From positions 32,001 to 96,000 of the IMG/VR virus record IMGVR_UViG_3300042731_007944: a stretch of 64,000 bases of DNA. The stretch is one strand, 5' to 3'. The number at the start of each line of letters is the position of its first letter. Positions within the stretch are counted from its first letter, which is position 1. The notes beneath the pieces were generated by a model. It saw nothing but the letters and a program-made list of their open reading frames with translations, did not search any database and had not been told where the DNA came from. Both the position numbers and the translations under genes were made by a program. Shown here in pieces: positions 18,504 through 28,311 of this stretch. This stretch comes from a virus.

Positions 18504-18779
18504 ATGACCGCTTTCGATCTCTACTGTGAATTGCGACAGCATGACATGAGGGCGCTCTATCATGGAAAGCCCTGTCAAGTGCTGACAATGCAATACGAAA
18601 CACCGAATGAGTTGGGCATCAGCCAAGAGATGCATGACGCTTTACCGGAAGGCCGTACCACGACACTCAGGGTGCGCTATTTCAACGAATTTTTGCAGGA
18701 AGATGACGAGGCGTTGCTGTTTCTGGATGAGTTTGTGAACTGCTCCCGGACATCAATGCCCGGGCATCTATGCCGCTGA
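18504..18779 (+). CDS. hypothetical protein whose last codons were replaced by the IS605 insertion
   Basis: Joining 18734 to 20482 gives ...LDEF-INPL-stop. Confidence 0.55.
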   Translation: MTAFDLYCELRQHDMRALYHGKPCQVLTMQYETPNELGISQEMHDALPEGRTTTLRVRYFNEFLQEDDEALLFLDEFVNCSRTSMPGHLCR

Positions 18780-19934
18780 CGCGGCAAGCGTCGCCAGCCC
18801 GCGACGCAATAAAACGAGAGAGGACACGTAGTCTCGATTTTCGACCAGCCCGCATTTCGGGCATTCATGCACTCGTTGCGACAGTGTTTTCCGTACTGGC
18901 TCCCCACAGACGCATACTTGTGAACTGCCTCTCGGGTTGGTCGGGATTCGACGTTTCCCTTGCTCTTTGACTTTATAGGCAACGATATTCAGAAATAGGC
19001 CCCAGGCCGCGTCTGAAATAGAGAGGTGCAAGCCTGACGTATGACACGCACCGTTCGGCAGATACGTCCCAGTATCATCCTGTTTTGCCTTTGGACGCCT
19101 GAGCATATTTCGGATATTCAGGTTTTCGTGAATGAGATAATCCGTTTGTTTTAAGAGCGCGTTTGCTGTCTTGTGTAAAAAATCCAACCGCTGACACTTG
19201 ACGCGATAATGGGTTTTTTGGATGGCCTTCAAAAGTTTGTACCATTGCGGAGAGCGTTTCGGAGCCTTTGCAAATCGCCGTTGAAGACGTTTCAGGCGTT
19301 GCTGTGATTTTCGGAAGGCTTTGGGATAGACGCAATGAAACCCGTTTGAGGCATAGACATAATCATTCAACCCTAAGTCAATCGCTAGAGGTGGCAAGGC
19401 GTCTTTAGGCTCTACTGATACTTCTAATTCAGTAGAGAAAGACGCAAACCACTTGCCTCCATCTTGTAAAATCGTCAGAGTTTTGATTGTGGCCTCTTCC
19501 GGGATCGGGCGATGATACACACACTTCATGTTGCCAACTTTTGGTACATAGAATGAGTCAGAGGGACGTTGCGTATATTGCGGATAAGTAATTGACGACC
19601 ACCTGCCACGTTTTTTAAACTTCGGGAACCCAGGCACGTCGCCCTGTTTAACTCGGCGGAAGAAGGCGTCAAAGGCGTTATCCAGACGGCGTAAGACATC
19701 TTGAAGCACCTGAGAATGGACACCCTTAAACCACGGACGGGCTTTTTTAAGGAGAGGAAGTTGGCGTTTTTGTTCATACCAGGACACAGACCGGCCTTCC
19801 TGCTCATAGACGTCCATACGTTCTTTGAGTGACCAGTTGTACACATAGCGGCACATCGAAAATTGATTCTTCAGGTTTGTCTGTTGCGCTTTTGTCGGAT
19901 AAATCCTATATTTATACGCCTTACGAAGGATCAT
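18768..19934 (-). CDS. tnpB: TnpB RNA-guided endonuclease
   Basis: KAYKYRIYP, RuvC AIDLG / HENL / NRD, Zn finger CVCG...CPKCG. Confidence 0.93.
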   Translation of the reverse strand: MILRKAYKYRIYPTKAQQTNLKNQFSMCRYVYNWSLKERMDVYEQEGRSVSWYEQKRQLPLLKKARPWFKGVHSQVLQDVLRRLDNAFDAFFRRVKQGDVPGFPKFKKRGRWSSITYPQYTQRPSDSFYVPKVGNMKCVYHRPIPEEATIKTLTILQDGGKWFASFSTELEVSVEPKDALPPLAIDLGLNDYVYASNGFHCVYPKAFRKSQQRLKRLQRRFAKAPKRSPQWYKLLKAIQKTHYRVKCQRLDFLHKTANALLKQTDYLIHENLNIRNMLRRPKAKQDDTGTYLPNGACHTSGLHLSISDAAWGLFLNIVAYKVKEQGKRRIPTNPRGSSQVCVCGEPVRKTLSQRVHECPKCGLVENRDYVSSLVLLRRGLATLAASAA

Positions 19935-20341
19935 TTGGTTTTTTGATCGGCAATATACCGCGTGACCGTCTCTTCTGAAACGTGTCCGATAGTTTCCACA
20001 TACGTTGAGGGGTTCCACAGATGCCCATTCCAGAGACGTTTCTGTAACTCTGGAAATTCAAGCAAGAGGCGTCTCGCAGAAATGCCCTTCATTAATTTAT
20101 ACATATGCGAGGCAGAGTATTTTGGATGCCCAGACACAAACACATGTACATGATCCGGCATGACCTCCAGTGATTGGATGACAAATCCTTTTTCTTTTGC
20201 GATCTCATGTAACAGTGTCTTGAGTCTGGTATCAATGCCGTTGACCAATACCTTGCGACGATACTTGACCGTCCAAACAATGTGATAGTTCGCATTATAC
20301 ACGACCGTTCTGGCATAGGTAAACCGTTCCTTGTCTCGCAT
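19931..20341 (-). CDS. tnpA: IS200-type HUH (Y1) transposase
   Basis: YHIVWTVKYRR, MPDHVH, KGISAR, LWNPS, YI..Q. Confidence 0.95.
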   Translation of the reverse strand: MRDKERFTYARTVVYNANYHIVWTVKYRRKVLVNGIDTRLKTLLHEIAKEKGFVIQSLEVMPDHVHVFVSGHPKYSASHMYKLMKGISARRLLLEFPELQKRLWNGHLWNPSTYVETIGHVSEETVTRYIADQKTK

Positions 20342-20514
20342 ACAGATAGTCTAGAAAAGATAGGGAACTTTGTCAAGAAAATAAATGAATTTTATGGTGA
20401 CAGATAGTCATTTTTTTAAGGATAGCGATTCATCTCGGATATAAATAACCGAGGATTCTCGCTATATGATCCTAAAGTACTATCAACCCGTTATAGCATC
20501 GCCGCGATCCAATA

Positions 20515-20946
20515 ATGACTGAACAACTTACAAAAATTTGTTCGAAATGTAAGGAACCAAAACCACTCTCTGCGTTCTACAGACAACAGGAATGTGCCTA
20601 TGGGGTTTCGCCAGAATGCAAAGAATGTCGAAGGGCATATAAACGACAACATTACCATCGACATGCGACACGTCTCAAAGCCTACGGCAGACGATATTAT
20701 CAGGAACACCAGGGAATGGTTTCTCAAAAATTCAAGCGATACCGTAAGCAGCACAGCGAGAAATTCAAGGCGTATCAGCGAGAGTATCGTGCTCGTATTC
20801 TGGAAAAAGTCATTCAGTTTCTTCGTATCATTGATACAACCACAACACTTGACGAAATCGTTGAAATTGTAGGTGTTCCGAGGACAGAAGCCAACCATGC
20901 CTTGAGAAAAGTCTCTGATCGCTTGCGAGAAAAAGTGCTATCCTAG
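20515..20946 (+). CDS. CxxC...CxxC basic phage protein (HNH-associated type N-terminus)
   Basis: KICSKCKEPKPLSAFY...CKEC; no HNH domain seen. Confidence 0.6.
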   Translation: MTEQLTKICSKCKEPKPLSAFYRQQECAYGVSPECKECRRAYKRQHYHRHATRLKAYGRRYYQEHQGMVSQKFKRYRKQHSEKFKAYQREYRARILEKVIQFLRIIDTTTTLDEIVEIVGVPRTEANHALRKVSDRLREKVLS

Positions 20947-21771
20947 CGCCGCCGCGATCCGATCCGTCACCTTCCGAAATCCCTCTGACGTGGGATGTAA
21001 CTCATCTTTCCAGTCCTCCGGCGTCAGCGTGCCTTGCGTGTTCACCACCGTCAGCCCATCGATTGCTTGCACCGTTCGGGCATAGAGTGTTAGCAACACC
21101 CGAATCAGGTCCCGTTGATCCGCCTTCTTCGTGATGTGCGCCCGTTCTAAGGCGGGCGTGATCCACGGTTTCACGATCTGCCAGCTAAACAGGGAAAAGC
21201 CTTTGCCGGACGGATCGGGATAGTCATACGTATGGCAGATGATCCGGATATCAGGGTTCTTCGACACCTCCGGGACAACATGCGCCAGATCCTCATAATA
21301 GCCTTTGATCTTCAGCAGCCGGGCCGCCACGCGATCCCAGCGCACGCAATCCCGCCAGGGCATGCCTTTGCGGTGCGGCCACAACAAGCCGTCCAAATTC
21401 GAGACCAGATCGTTCCCGCCGCCTGAGAACAAGAGCACGTCAAACGCATACGACTCCAGCGTCCAGCGCAATTTCCAACGCTGTCCGCCGTCTAACATGT
21501 CTGAGAGCGTGTCGCCGGGCCGGGAAATATCGTAAATCGTCCAATTCCGGTCGTGTGCCTGTTTTCGCAAGTGATGGACGAGATTTGAGGCGCGGCCCCA
21601 GAACAGATACTTGCGCGGATACGAGAGCCAGCTATCACCCTCGCACAGGATGCGTTTTGCGCCACGAAAGCGGCGTTCCAGCGCGCGATAGACGCGTTCA
21701 TCTGCCGTAAAGCGTGTCATGATAGCCACCACCAAAAGAGAAACGGCAAGCAGCCGAAGACAAAGCAGCAC
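20938..21771 (-). CDS. SGNH/GDSL hydrolase
   Basis: GDSW, SGGGND, DELHP blocks. Confidence 0.85.
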   Translation of the reverse strand: MLLCLRLLAVSLLVVAIMTRFTADERVYRALERRFRGAKRILCEGDSWLSYPRKYLFWGRASNLVHHLRKQAHDRNWTIYDISRPGDTLSDMLDGGQRWKLRWTLESYAFDVLLFSGGGNDLVSNLDGLLWPHRKGMPWRDCVRWDRVAARLLKIKGYYEDLAHVVPEVSKNPDIRIICHTYDYPDPSGKGFSLFSWQIVKPWITPALERAHITKKADQRDLIRVLLTLYARTVQAIDGLTVVNTQGTLTPEDWKDELHPTSEGFRKVTDRIAAALG

Positions 21772-21814
21772 GCAAGAAATAACAGCATTTTAATAGTGCG
21801 CAAGGACATTGTTG

Positions 21815-23398
21815 CTACCCTCCTATCACGAAATATTGTGATTCCACCGGGAGGATTTCCGGATTCGTCACCTTATAGAGTATATCATCCAGATAGACCG
21901 GATCGGGCGACGAGACCCCTTCTACGGCATTCAATACCGTGCCAACAGCCGTATACCCGGCCCCGACATAGAACTTTTCTGCGTAGCCGGTCGGCGCATA
22001 GGCGGGTTGCCAAAAATAGCGGCTCAGCATCGTGCCAGACGCTTCCACGCTGCCATCAATCAGGATCGACAGCGTGCCGAGGGAAAAGAGAATTTCCACC
22101 TGATGCCAGGCGTTATCATTCATCGTGGTCGTCGTGGTCAAGATGTAGCCGCCAGCCGGGTTCCAGACGTTTGTGAGTTTGATCTTCGGCGCGTTATACG
22201 GAGAGGCTGAGTCCAACGCGACACAAAGGTTGAATGCTTGTAAGATTCCGCGATTGGCGAAATACCCGCCGTTGGTTTTTACCCAGAAGGACAGGGAAAA
22301 ATCGCCGTATGGCGTCAAATCGCTGCCCAATGCCGTCACAACTTCGAGATAGTCGCCTCCGGATCCCATACCGGTTGAGGCCGTTAGTTTGATGGACGAG
22401 GCCCCAGTGTGCGCGGTATCCGTGCTATGTTTGACGCCCCCGTGGGCTGTGATGGCATGCGGATCTCCGCTGGAATCGGTAAAGGTGGTACTGCCGTCTG
22501 TGGTGTCTGATTGGAGATTGAAGACCGTCACTTCCCCCGGTCCAGCAAACCCATTGATCAGGAATTTCCCGGTGCCGAGCGTGAGATAATCCGGGGAGGC
22601 CGCCGCCATCGAGACATTGCTGAAATCGCGTGTTGCGGGCATGACGCCGAATTTAAACAGTGGCGCTTTCGGGGCATCTGGAAGCAAGAACACGGCTTTT
22701 ACGGCATCTGTTACCGCCGCGAGTGCTTCTTCCTGTGCTGCGGATCCGGTAGGCGTACAGGATCCCTGTTCCGCTTCCGCTAACCCGGCAAACGCGCCTG
22801 AGAGATGTGCCCCGGCTTCGGTATGCCCTCCTTGAAATTTGGTATCCAGATCGTATTCCACCGAATTCGCCGAGGTGGTTTCATCGCCACCCTGAAGCGG
22901 GGTTCCGTGCTGAATCCAGGCGGGCGGATCATCATTCACCCCAGGATCGGGGGTGCTGCCGTACCCGAGGACAAAATAGTGATACGTCACGCCTGACGTA
23001 TTTACCTCTGCCGCCGTGCCGAGCGTAAACCCGGTTGTGGAGATCGCCGTCACGCGATCTGTCTGTGGCGCTTCCTCTGCCGTGCTTTTCATCTTCGGCA
23101 TTCCGTCACCTGTGACGAGATACAGGTTGCCGTCTTGCTCGCTCCAAATCCATAAGCAGAGGATTTCGGTAAAGGTCGTGATCAGAAAATCAATGGTTTG
23201 GGCGGCGCTTGCGCCTTCATAGGTACTCGTTTCCGGAATCGGGAAACTATTATACGGGGGCGTATGCCCCCCGCTCGGATAGTGTTGATTCAGAAAGCTT
23301 TCCCAGAGCTCTTTTCCGTACCGATTTTTCGTATCCGGGTATTTTGGATGATTTTCCGCGATAATATACTCATCCGCGCTAATCAGTGTTCGTGCCAT
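21815..23398 (-). CDS. tail fibre/receptor-binding protein with LamG-like domain
   Basis: DGSTTFTDSS, DFSLSFWVK, DNAWHQV...IDG, YLDDI; at the end of the tail operon. Confidence 0.65.
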   Translation of the reverse strand: MARTLISADEYIIAENHPKYPDTKNRYGKELWESFLNQHYPSGGHTPPYNSFPIPETSTYEGASAAQTIDFLITTFTEILCLWIWSEQDGNLYLVTGDGMPKMKSTAEEAPQTDRVTAISTTGFTLGTAAEVNTSGVTYHYFVLGYGSTPDPGVNDDPPAWIQHGTPLQGGDETTSANSVEYDLDTKFQGGHTEAGAHLSGAFAGLAEAEQGSCTPTGSAAQEEALAAVTDAVKAVFLLPDAPKAPLFKFGVMPATRDFSNVSMAAASPDYLTLGTGKFLINGFAGPGEVTVFNLQSDTTDGSTTFTDSSGDPHAITAHGGVKHSTDTAHTGASSIKLTASTGMGSGGDYLEVVTALGSDLTPYGDFSLSFWVKTNGGYFANRGILQAFNLCVALDSASPYNAPKIKLTNVWNPAGGYILTTTTTMNDNAWHQVEILFSLGTLSILIDGSVEASGTMLSRYFWQPAYAPTGYAEKFYVGAGYTAVGTVLNAVEGVSSPDPVYLDDILYKVTNPEILPVESQYFVIGG

Positions 23399-23404
23399 AG
23401 CCTG

Positions 23405-23851
23405 TTATTCCACCCCTAAAATAAGATAGTCATAGGTGACGCCAGACGCATTCACCGCCGGATCGGTGCCGACTGTCAGAAACCCGACATGCGAGATATC
23501 AGTCAGTTGATCCGCCTGAAAAGCGTTCGTGCCAATCTCCTTCGTCCCTGCCATGCCGAGTGTGCGAAAGACCGGATATTCCGTATCAGGCCGCGACACA
23601 AACGCGACAACCGCCTTCAGGCTACTATTGCTATAGCTCACAGGGTGCGCCGCATCCGTGCCCGGAAACGTCCCGGTCTCTGTGACGAGATAGCCCGAGA
23701 TTTTATGACTTGAATCGTCATTATGCTCTTTGCTATACGCCGCATACCATTGTTTCATCGCGCGATTGCCAATATCTTCATTCCCTGACGGATGATTGGC
23801 GTAATCGCGCGGTTCGTCATATTGCGCCCAGCCGAGTTCTGATGCTGCCAT
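23405..23851 (-). CDS. tail fibre-associated protein (paralogous to the N-terminus of the next gene)
   Basis: Shares VN.SGVTY.Y..LG with the 21815-23398 product. Confidence 0.55.
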   Translation of the reverse strand: MAASELGWAQYDEPRDYANHPSGNEDIGNRAMKQWYAAYSKEHNDDSSHKISGYLVTETGTFPGTDAAHPVSYSNSSLKAVVAFVSRPDTEYPVFRTLGMAGTKEIGTNAFQADQLTDISHVGFLTVGTDPAVNASGVTYDYLILGVE

Positions 23852-23853
23852 CG

Positions 23854-25062
23854 TTACAATGCCTCCATGTCGCGATCTCCTCCGAACGACCCGCCATCCC
23901 CGGCGGAGCATGCCCCATCCCAGATGTCAGGTTCAGCGGTCAAGACCATGTTGAGCTTTTCCAGGATATAGGACAGCTGCCCGGCATCAAGATCGACGTC
24001 TTTTTCTATCACTTTTCCAAACTGATTGACGAGGGGGTTTCCGGTGCTATCTCGCAAGAGCGCAGAGGAAAATACCACGCAATCGCCTTTTTCCGCCTGC
24101 ATCGGTTTCATATTGATGCACGGCCAGGTCACGAGCCAGAGTGGATGCCCGAATTTCTCAACAAGCCGGGCCTGAATCGTGTGGACCGTCACGTCGCTGC
24201 GCGTCCAATCCAGCGAGAGTTCCCGCAGGCGGATCCCATACCGCGCTTGACTGAACGCATCCAGGCTATCCGCCCCGTCATCAGTGGCCCGGTAGTTGCT
24301 TCGCGCCCCTTCGCTGTAGCGCTTATCCGATTCATAGGCAACGGCATAATTACACTGCACCTGATTCACCAGATTGCGCACATACTGTGACACCCGCACC
24401 CCATCGGTTTCACGTTCGACAAAAAACGCCACAGGGCTGATCCCGGTCGTGAGACCCGTATCGAATCGCACGACAATTTTTCCGTCGCCATTGACATACC
24501 AATCCATCAAAAAGCTTGCGGCAATGGCATTTAGCCAGAACTGATAGGGGTTTTCGTCGAGCATCACCCCGGCGCACGTATACCCGAGACTCTCAGCCAC
24601 GTTTCGCGCGATCGCAAAGCTTGTCGGATCAAGATTCGTGGCATCCCCCAGGAGAGCGAAAATCACATCAATCGGGTTCGTCAGGAGCGCTCCGGTGTCA
24701 TCCACTGCCCCCAGACATTGCACCGTGATATTCCCCGGATCGGAGGGAAACGTCACATAGGCAATCACCCCTTGTCCTTCATAGTCGCCAGCCGTTGTGG
24801 TGGTAAAATTCGTCAATTCCGTCCCATCCCGATCAAAACAGCGGATGACATTGCCGTTCGCTTCACTCAGGATCGGATGCCCGGCCAGACAATAATCATG
24901 GCTGTTCACATTGAGACACGGCGCAGTCCAGAGCCCGGCATCTCCTGAATTTTCGGACATATCACCCCAGACCTTCGGCAAAAACGCATTCGTTTCTCCA
25001 GGGGCGCTATAGATGTTCGTCTTTGTGAGCGTCAGGATGTCTGAGAGGGTTACATGAGACAT
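23854..25062 (-). CDS. tail tip/baseplate hub protein
   Basis: LTNPIDVI, SQARYG..EL.LDW, GD.V.F patterns; tail operon position. Confidence 0.6.
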   Translation of the reverse strand: MSHVTLSDILTLTKTNIYSAPGETNAFLPKVWGDMSENSGDAGLWTAPCLNVNSHDYCLAGHPILSEANGNVIRCFDRDGTELTNFTTTTAGDYEGQGVIAYVTFPSDPGNITVQCLGAVDDTGALLTNPIDVIFALLGDATNLDPTSFAIARNVAESLGYTCAGVMLDENPYQFWLNAIAASFLMDWYVNGDGKIVVRFDTGLTTGISPVAFFVERETDGVRVSQYVRNLVNQVQCNYAVAYESDKRYSEGARSNYRATDDGADSLDAFSQARYGIRLRELSLDWTRSDVTVHTIQARLVEKFGHPLWLVTWPCINMKPMQAEKGDCVVFSSALLRDSTGNPLVNQFGKVIEKDVDLDAGQLSYILEKLNMVLTAEPDIWDGACSAGDGGSFGGDRDMEAL

Positions 25063-25931
25063 AGACAGACCCCCCAGATCAGATACTTTGTTTGCCCGCT
25101 ACGAGGGCTGGCAAGCGCGTACAACAGAAACAGCCACCCCACGACCCCAGAGAGCAGCAACGGCAACCCGTAATAGCCTATCGTCGTCATTCGAATACGA
25201 TAGGCGGTCCGTTGCGATCCCGGCAGCAGACAGCGCGGCCTCGGCGACAGACTGTTCTTCCGGCATTCCCGCCAGAGTTTACGCATCCAGTACTCAGTAC
25301 GAAAGGCCAGAACATACCACGGCGTGACCAGGAGACAGACCATTATCGTCATCCAGCCGTGTGTCAGCGCACAGGCGATCACCGCAAGCAAGGCCACCGG
25401 TTTCACCCAGAGCGTGACGGCTAACAGCACGCCGGATACGAGCGGGATCGGACACCCCCACGCCCAGAGTAAGCACATCACGGCCAGGCTATCATGCGTC
25501 AGTTGCCCGATCACCATGGCGAATACCGGAGCCAGCAGCACCCATGCGGCGCGGCGCGGAAGCCAGAGCATCGGCAGCAGACAGCCAGCGATAGACAGGA
25601 TTCTCGCGAACTGGCGTGAGTGAATCCGCGACAGCGCAAAGGACACAAACGGATTCTGGAAGCGGCAATAATTCAGAAAGGAGAAATCCTGTAGGAAGAG
25701 CGCGAGCGACTTCCTGTTCCGCGTTTCCTGCCAAAGCAGATCCGCATCGGCATAGGACGCCTGCTGCCAGAAGACGAACGCGCCACAACTCACCAGGGGC
25801 AGCAGACGCCATGCTCCGGAGAGGAGAGAGAACCCCCAAGCGAGGACTCCTGAGAGCACGAGCCACACGAGATCCTGCCATCGTAGGGGTCGAATTGGAT
25901 CGGCTGCGGTCATGCCATACACGGAGATCAT
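25050..25931 (-). CDS. polytopic membrane protein (possibly GT-C-like)
   Basis: About 8 hydrophobic segments, THDSL and WVKP motifs; start at MISVYG by ATGA overlap. Confidence 0.5.
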   Translation of the reverse strand: MISVYGMTAADPIRPLRWQDLVWLVLSGVLAWGFSLLSGAWRLLPLVSCGAFVFWQQASYADADLLWQETRNRKSLALFLQDFSFLNYCRFQNPFVSFALSRIHSRQFARILSIAGCLLPMLWLPRRAAWVLLAPVFAMVIGQLTHDSLAVMCLLWAWGCPIPLVSGVLLAVTLWVKPVALLAVIACALTHGWMTIMVCLLVTPWYVLAFRTEYWMRKLWRECRKNSLSPRPRCLLPGSQRTAYRIRMTTIGYYGLPLLLSGVVGWLFLLYALASPRSGQTKYLIWGVCLCLM

Positions 25932-26062
25932 CGCTTTTGTCCCTCCTCCGCCAGGATCGTGAGATAGCGGTGCCGTTCGTCTGGGGTTGCTCGAAGAAAG
26001 GACACGACAGACAGCACGATCCACGACGCCAACAAGAACAGACATATTCCGACAAACAGCAT
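25928..26062 (-). CDS. 44-aa single-TM protein absent from the ORF track
   Basis: MLFVGICLFLLASWIVLSVVSFLRATPDERHRYLTILAEEGQKR; TAATG and ATGA overlaps with both neighbours. Confidence 0.6.
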   Translation of the reverse strand: MLFVGICLFLLASWIVLSVVSFLRATPDERHRYLTILAEEGQKR

Positions 26063-27231
26063 TACGGCCATGTGACCCACTCCCCATCAACCAGCGACAG
26101 CGGAAGGGCCCCGACAATGATGTCCGGCATCGCTGTCAGTTCATCATTCCCGTCGCTGTTAACGTACCAGTATTGTTCATCGTTCCACACGATCTGGCGC
26201 AGTTTGCCGTCATACCCTTCGCCAAACGTGATTGTATTATCAGCCCCGGTGTCGCTGCGGTCCATCAACGTGACGCCGCTCTGGGTTTCTGCATTCGCGG
26301 CCTCGCCCCAATAGAGTTCCAGCGTATTGCCGCCGTCTGTCGAGCACCGGACATAGACGAGTAAGGGCCGGTCGAGATCGTCAGCCGTCAGCGCATGTGT
26401 GTTCGTATACGTCGCGGTGGTCGGCGTTCCGTCAAGATTTTGCCCGGTCGTCACATACAAACAATTACTGGCATTAAATCCGATCTGGAGTCGGATCGCG
26501 CTATATGTTCCGTCACGGATCTCAAAGATCACCCCGGCGTCCGCAAGATCGTCTTTCGTCACCAGCGCCCGAAAGATCCAGTCGTCACTTGCCAGAAAGG
26601 ACCCGGCCAAAACACTATAGGCGACCGTTTCAGATGCCATTGTCCCGGTGCCATCATCTTCTAATGCCAAGACCTCAACCGCGATTCCGGTTCCGGCGTC
26701 AGGAAACACCGTGGACACCGCTTCAGCGACAAGCCGCAAGGTCATCTCATCCAGATGCACTTCCGTAATTTCGCCGGAGAAGAGTTGGCGAAAGGCTGAC
26801 GAGGTATTGCCTTCAAACGCCTGCAAAACGGCGATCTGCTGTCCTAATAACGGCTCGTCACGATGATCCCCCAGCAGATCGGAGAAAAACCCGTCCGTAT
26901 TGTCCAACATCACGCTATACGCCCCGATCTCTGTTTGCGTGAGGCTCGTGATGAGATCTGAGATCTGCGGGGCCAATGTCTCTGTAACGTTACCAAACTC
27001 GATCACACGGCCTTCGGCATAGGCCACCGGGATCCCACCAAACGTGCCACCATCGCCAGCCGTGACAGAACCATCCCACTGCGCAAGTTCTCCAAATCCG
27101 CCGATCTCGTCATCGGTGGGCGTGGTAAGCCCGAAAATATAGCGCGTGCGCACGGTCGTAATCACCACGAGCACTTGCACGCGATGTTCCGCGTCTTTCG
27201 CGGCGATATAGGCAGAGTCAAGGTGTAACAT
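26062..27231 (-). CDS. minor tail protein
   Basis: LDNTDGFFS, LFSGEITEV patterns; follows the distal tail gene. Confidence 0.6.
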   Translation of the reverse strand: MLHLDSAYIAAKDAEHRVQVLVVITTVRTRYIFGLTTPTDDEIGGFGELAQWDGSVTAGDGGTFGGIPVAYAEGRVIEFGNVTETLAPQISDLITSLTQTEIGAYSVMLDNTDGFFSDLLGDHRDEPLLGQQIAVLQAFEGNTSSAFRQLFSGEITEVHLDEMTLRLVAEAVSTVFPDAGTGIAVEVLALEDDGTGTMASETVAYSVLAGSFLASDDWIFRALVTKDDLADAGVIFEIRDGTYSAIRLQIGFNASNCLYVTTGQNLDGTPTTATYTNTHALTADDLDRPLLVYVRCSTDGGNTLELYWGEAANAETQSGVTLMDRSDTGADNTITFGEGYDGKLRQIVWNDEQYWYVNSDGNDELTAMPDIIVGALPLSLVDGEWVTWP

Positions 27232-28311
27232 TCAGATCCTCGTCTTCACGCACTCTTTGAAGTGCAGATCCACGGCCCCGTGAAAATCCACCCCGGCGAA
27301 CTGCTGGCGGAAATCCCGAATATTGCGCCAATCACAGAGAAAGAATGTCTCTGGCTCATCATAAAACAGATGGACATACAGTGGGTGGATCTTTCCGCTC
27401 GTGACGATATCCACCACGGCGGCCTGCATGGCAGCGAGACTCGCAATATCGTTCAGCGATTGCACGTCATAGTGCAGCAGGAGATCCGCTTGCTGCGCAT
27501 ACGCCTTGTGTCGAAACATGCCGGCTGGATTCTCACTCTCCGCCCCGGTGTAGCCGTAGCCTCGCGAGGACGTCCACCAGGCGTTTGCTTCGAGTTCGCG
27601 ATAGGATCCCAGATAGAGCGTCGCCGTTTGAAAATACGACAGCGCCCCATCCACCGGGACGATGCGCCAGTACCGGTACGTCTGATCCAGGTAGAAGATC
27701 AGCTTGTGATCCGTCACGGTGATCGCCTGCGAATACGCCGGGCTGCCCCAACTGTCTGAGGAGTTCGCCTGAAGCGTCAACGTGCTTTGCCCGGCCACCA
27801 GATTGTGATTCATCAGGGCAAAGGCCGTCACCTGCTGCGCACTGCCGAGGTCAATCACGATCGGAAACGTGGCTCCTGACCGAAAAAGACTGTTGGGGTT
27901 CAAATTCAGCAGGTTTCCGGCTCCGTATTTCGCCACGGCGAAGAACTGAAAGGTGTCTTCCAGCGTGAAGTCATCGCCGACCCCCGCCTGCCAGGCGATC
28001 TTAACGCCATAATTCAGCGTGGCAAGCGTCGTGAGGGTCGTGACGCCGGTGGCTTCCCAGCCGGAGCTTTCTGAGGTCTTCCAACGATAGGTCGCCTGCC
28101 CCACAGAGACGCCGGGTGTGATGCTGTCGATCTGGGCGATGTAATCCAGGTTCTGCGCCCCGGCAAACGATCCGGCGGCAAACGCCGCCGCGCTGCCGGT
28201 CCCTCGCGTTTTCTCCACCCCGGAGACGATCCCCCCGGCCTGACTGCCTGCGGCGATCATATCCACGGACGTAATGTAGTTCGTATCCAGATAGCGCTCA
28301 GCGGTATACAT
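27232..28311 (-). CDS. distal tail-like protein with discoidin-like insert
   Basis: IDLGSAQQVT..ALMNHNL, YRYWRI; directly after tape measure. Confidence 0.6.
   Translation of the reverse strand: MYTAERYLDTNYITSVDMIAAGSQAGGIVSGVEKTRGTGSAAAFAAGSFAGAQNLDYIAQIDSITPGVSVGQATYRWKTSESSGWEATGVTTLTTLATLNYGVKIAWQAGVGDDFTLEDTFQFFAVAKYGAGNLLNLNPNSLFRSGATFPIVIDLGSAQQVTAFALMNHNLVAGQSTLTLQANSSDSWGSPAYSQAITVTDHKLIFYLDQTYRYWRIVPVDGALSYFQTATLYLGSYRELEANAWWTSSRGYGYTGAESENPAGMFRHKAYAQQADLLLHYDVQSLNDIASLAAMQAAVVDIVTSGKIHPLYVHLFYDEPETFFLCDWRNIRDFRQQFAGVDFHGAVDLHFKECVKTRI

Larger units (their letters stand above)
18735..20481 (-). mobile_element. IS200/IS605-family element (tnpA-tnpB)
   Basis: Left-end hairpin about 20423-20464; TTGAT target immediately 5' (20486-20482); right-end hairpin ending TTCAC at 18735. 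Confidence 0.85.
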
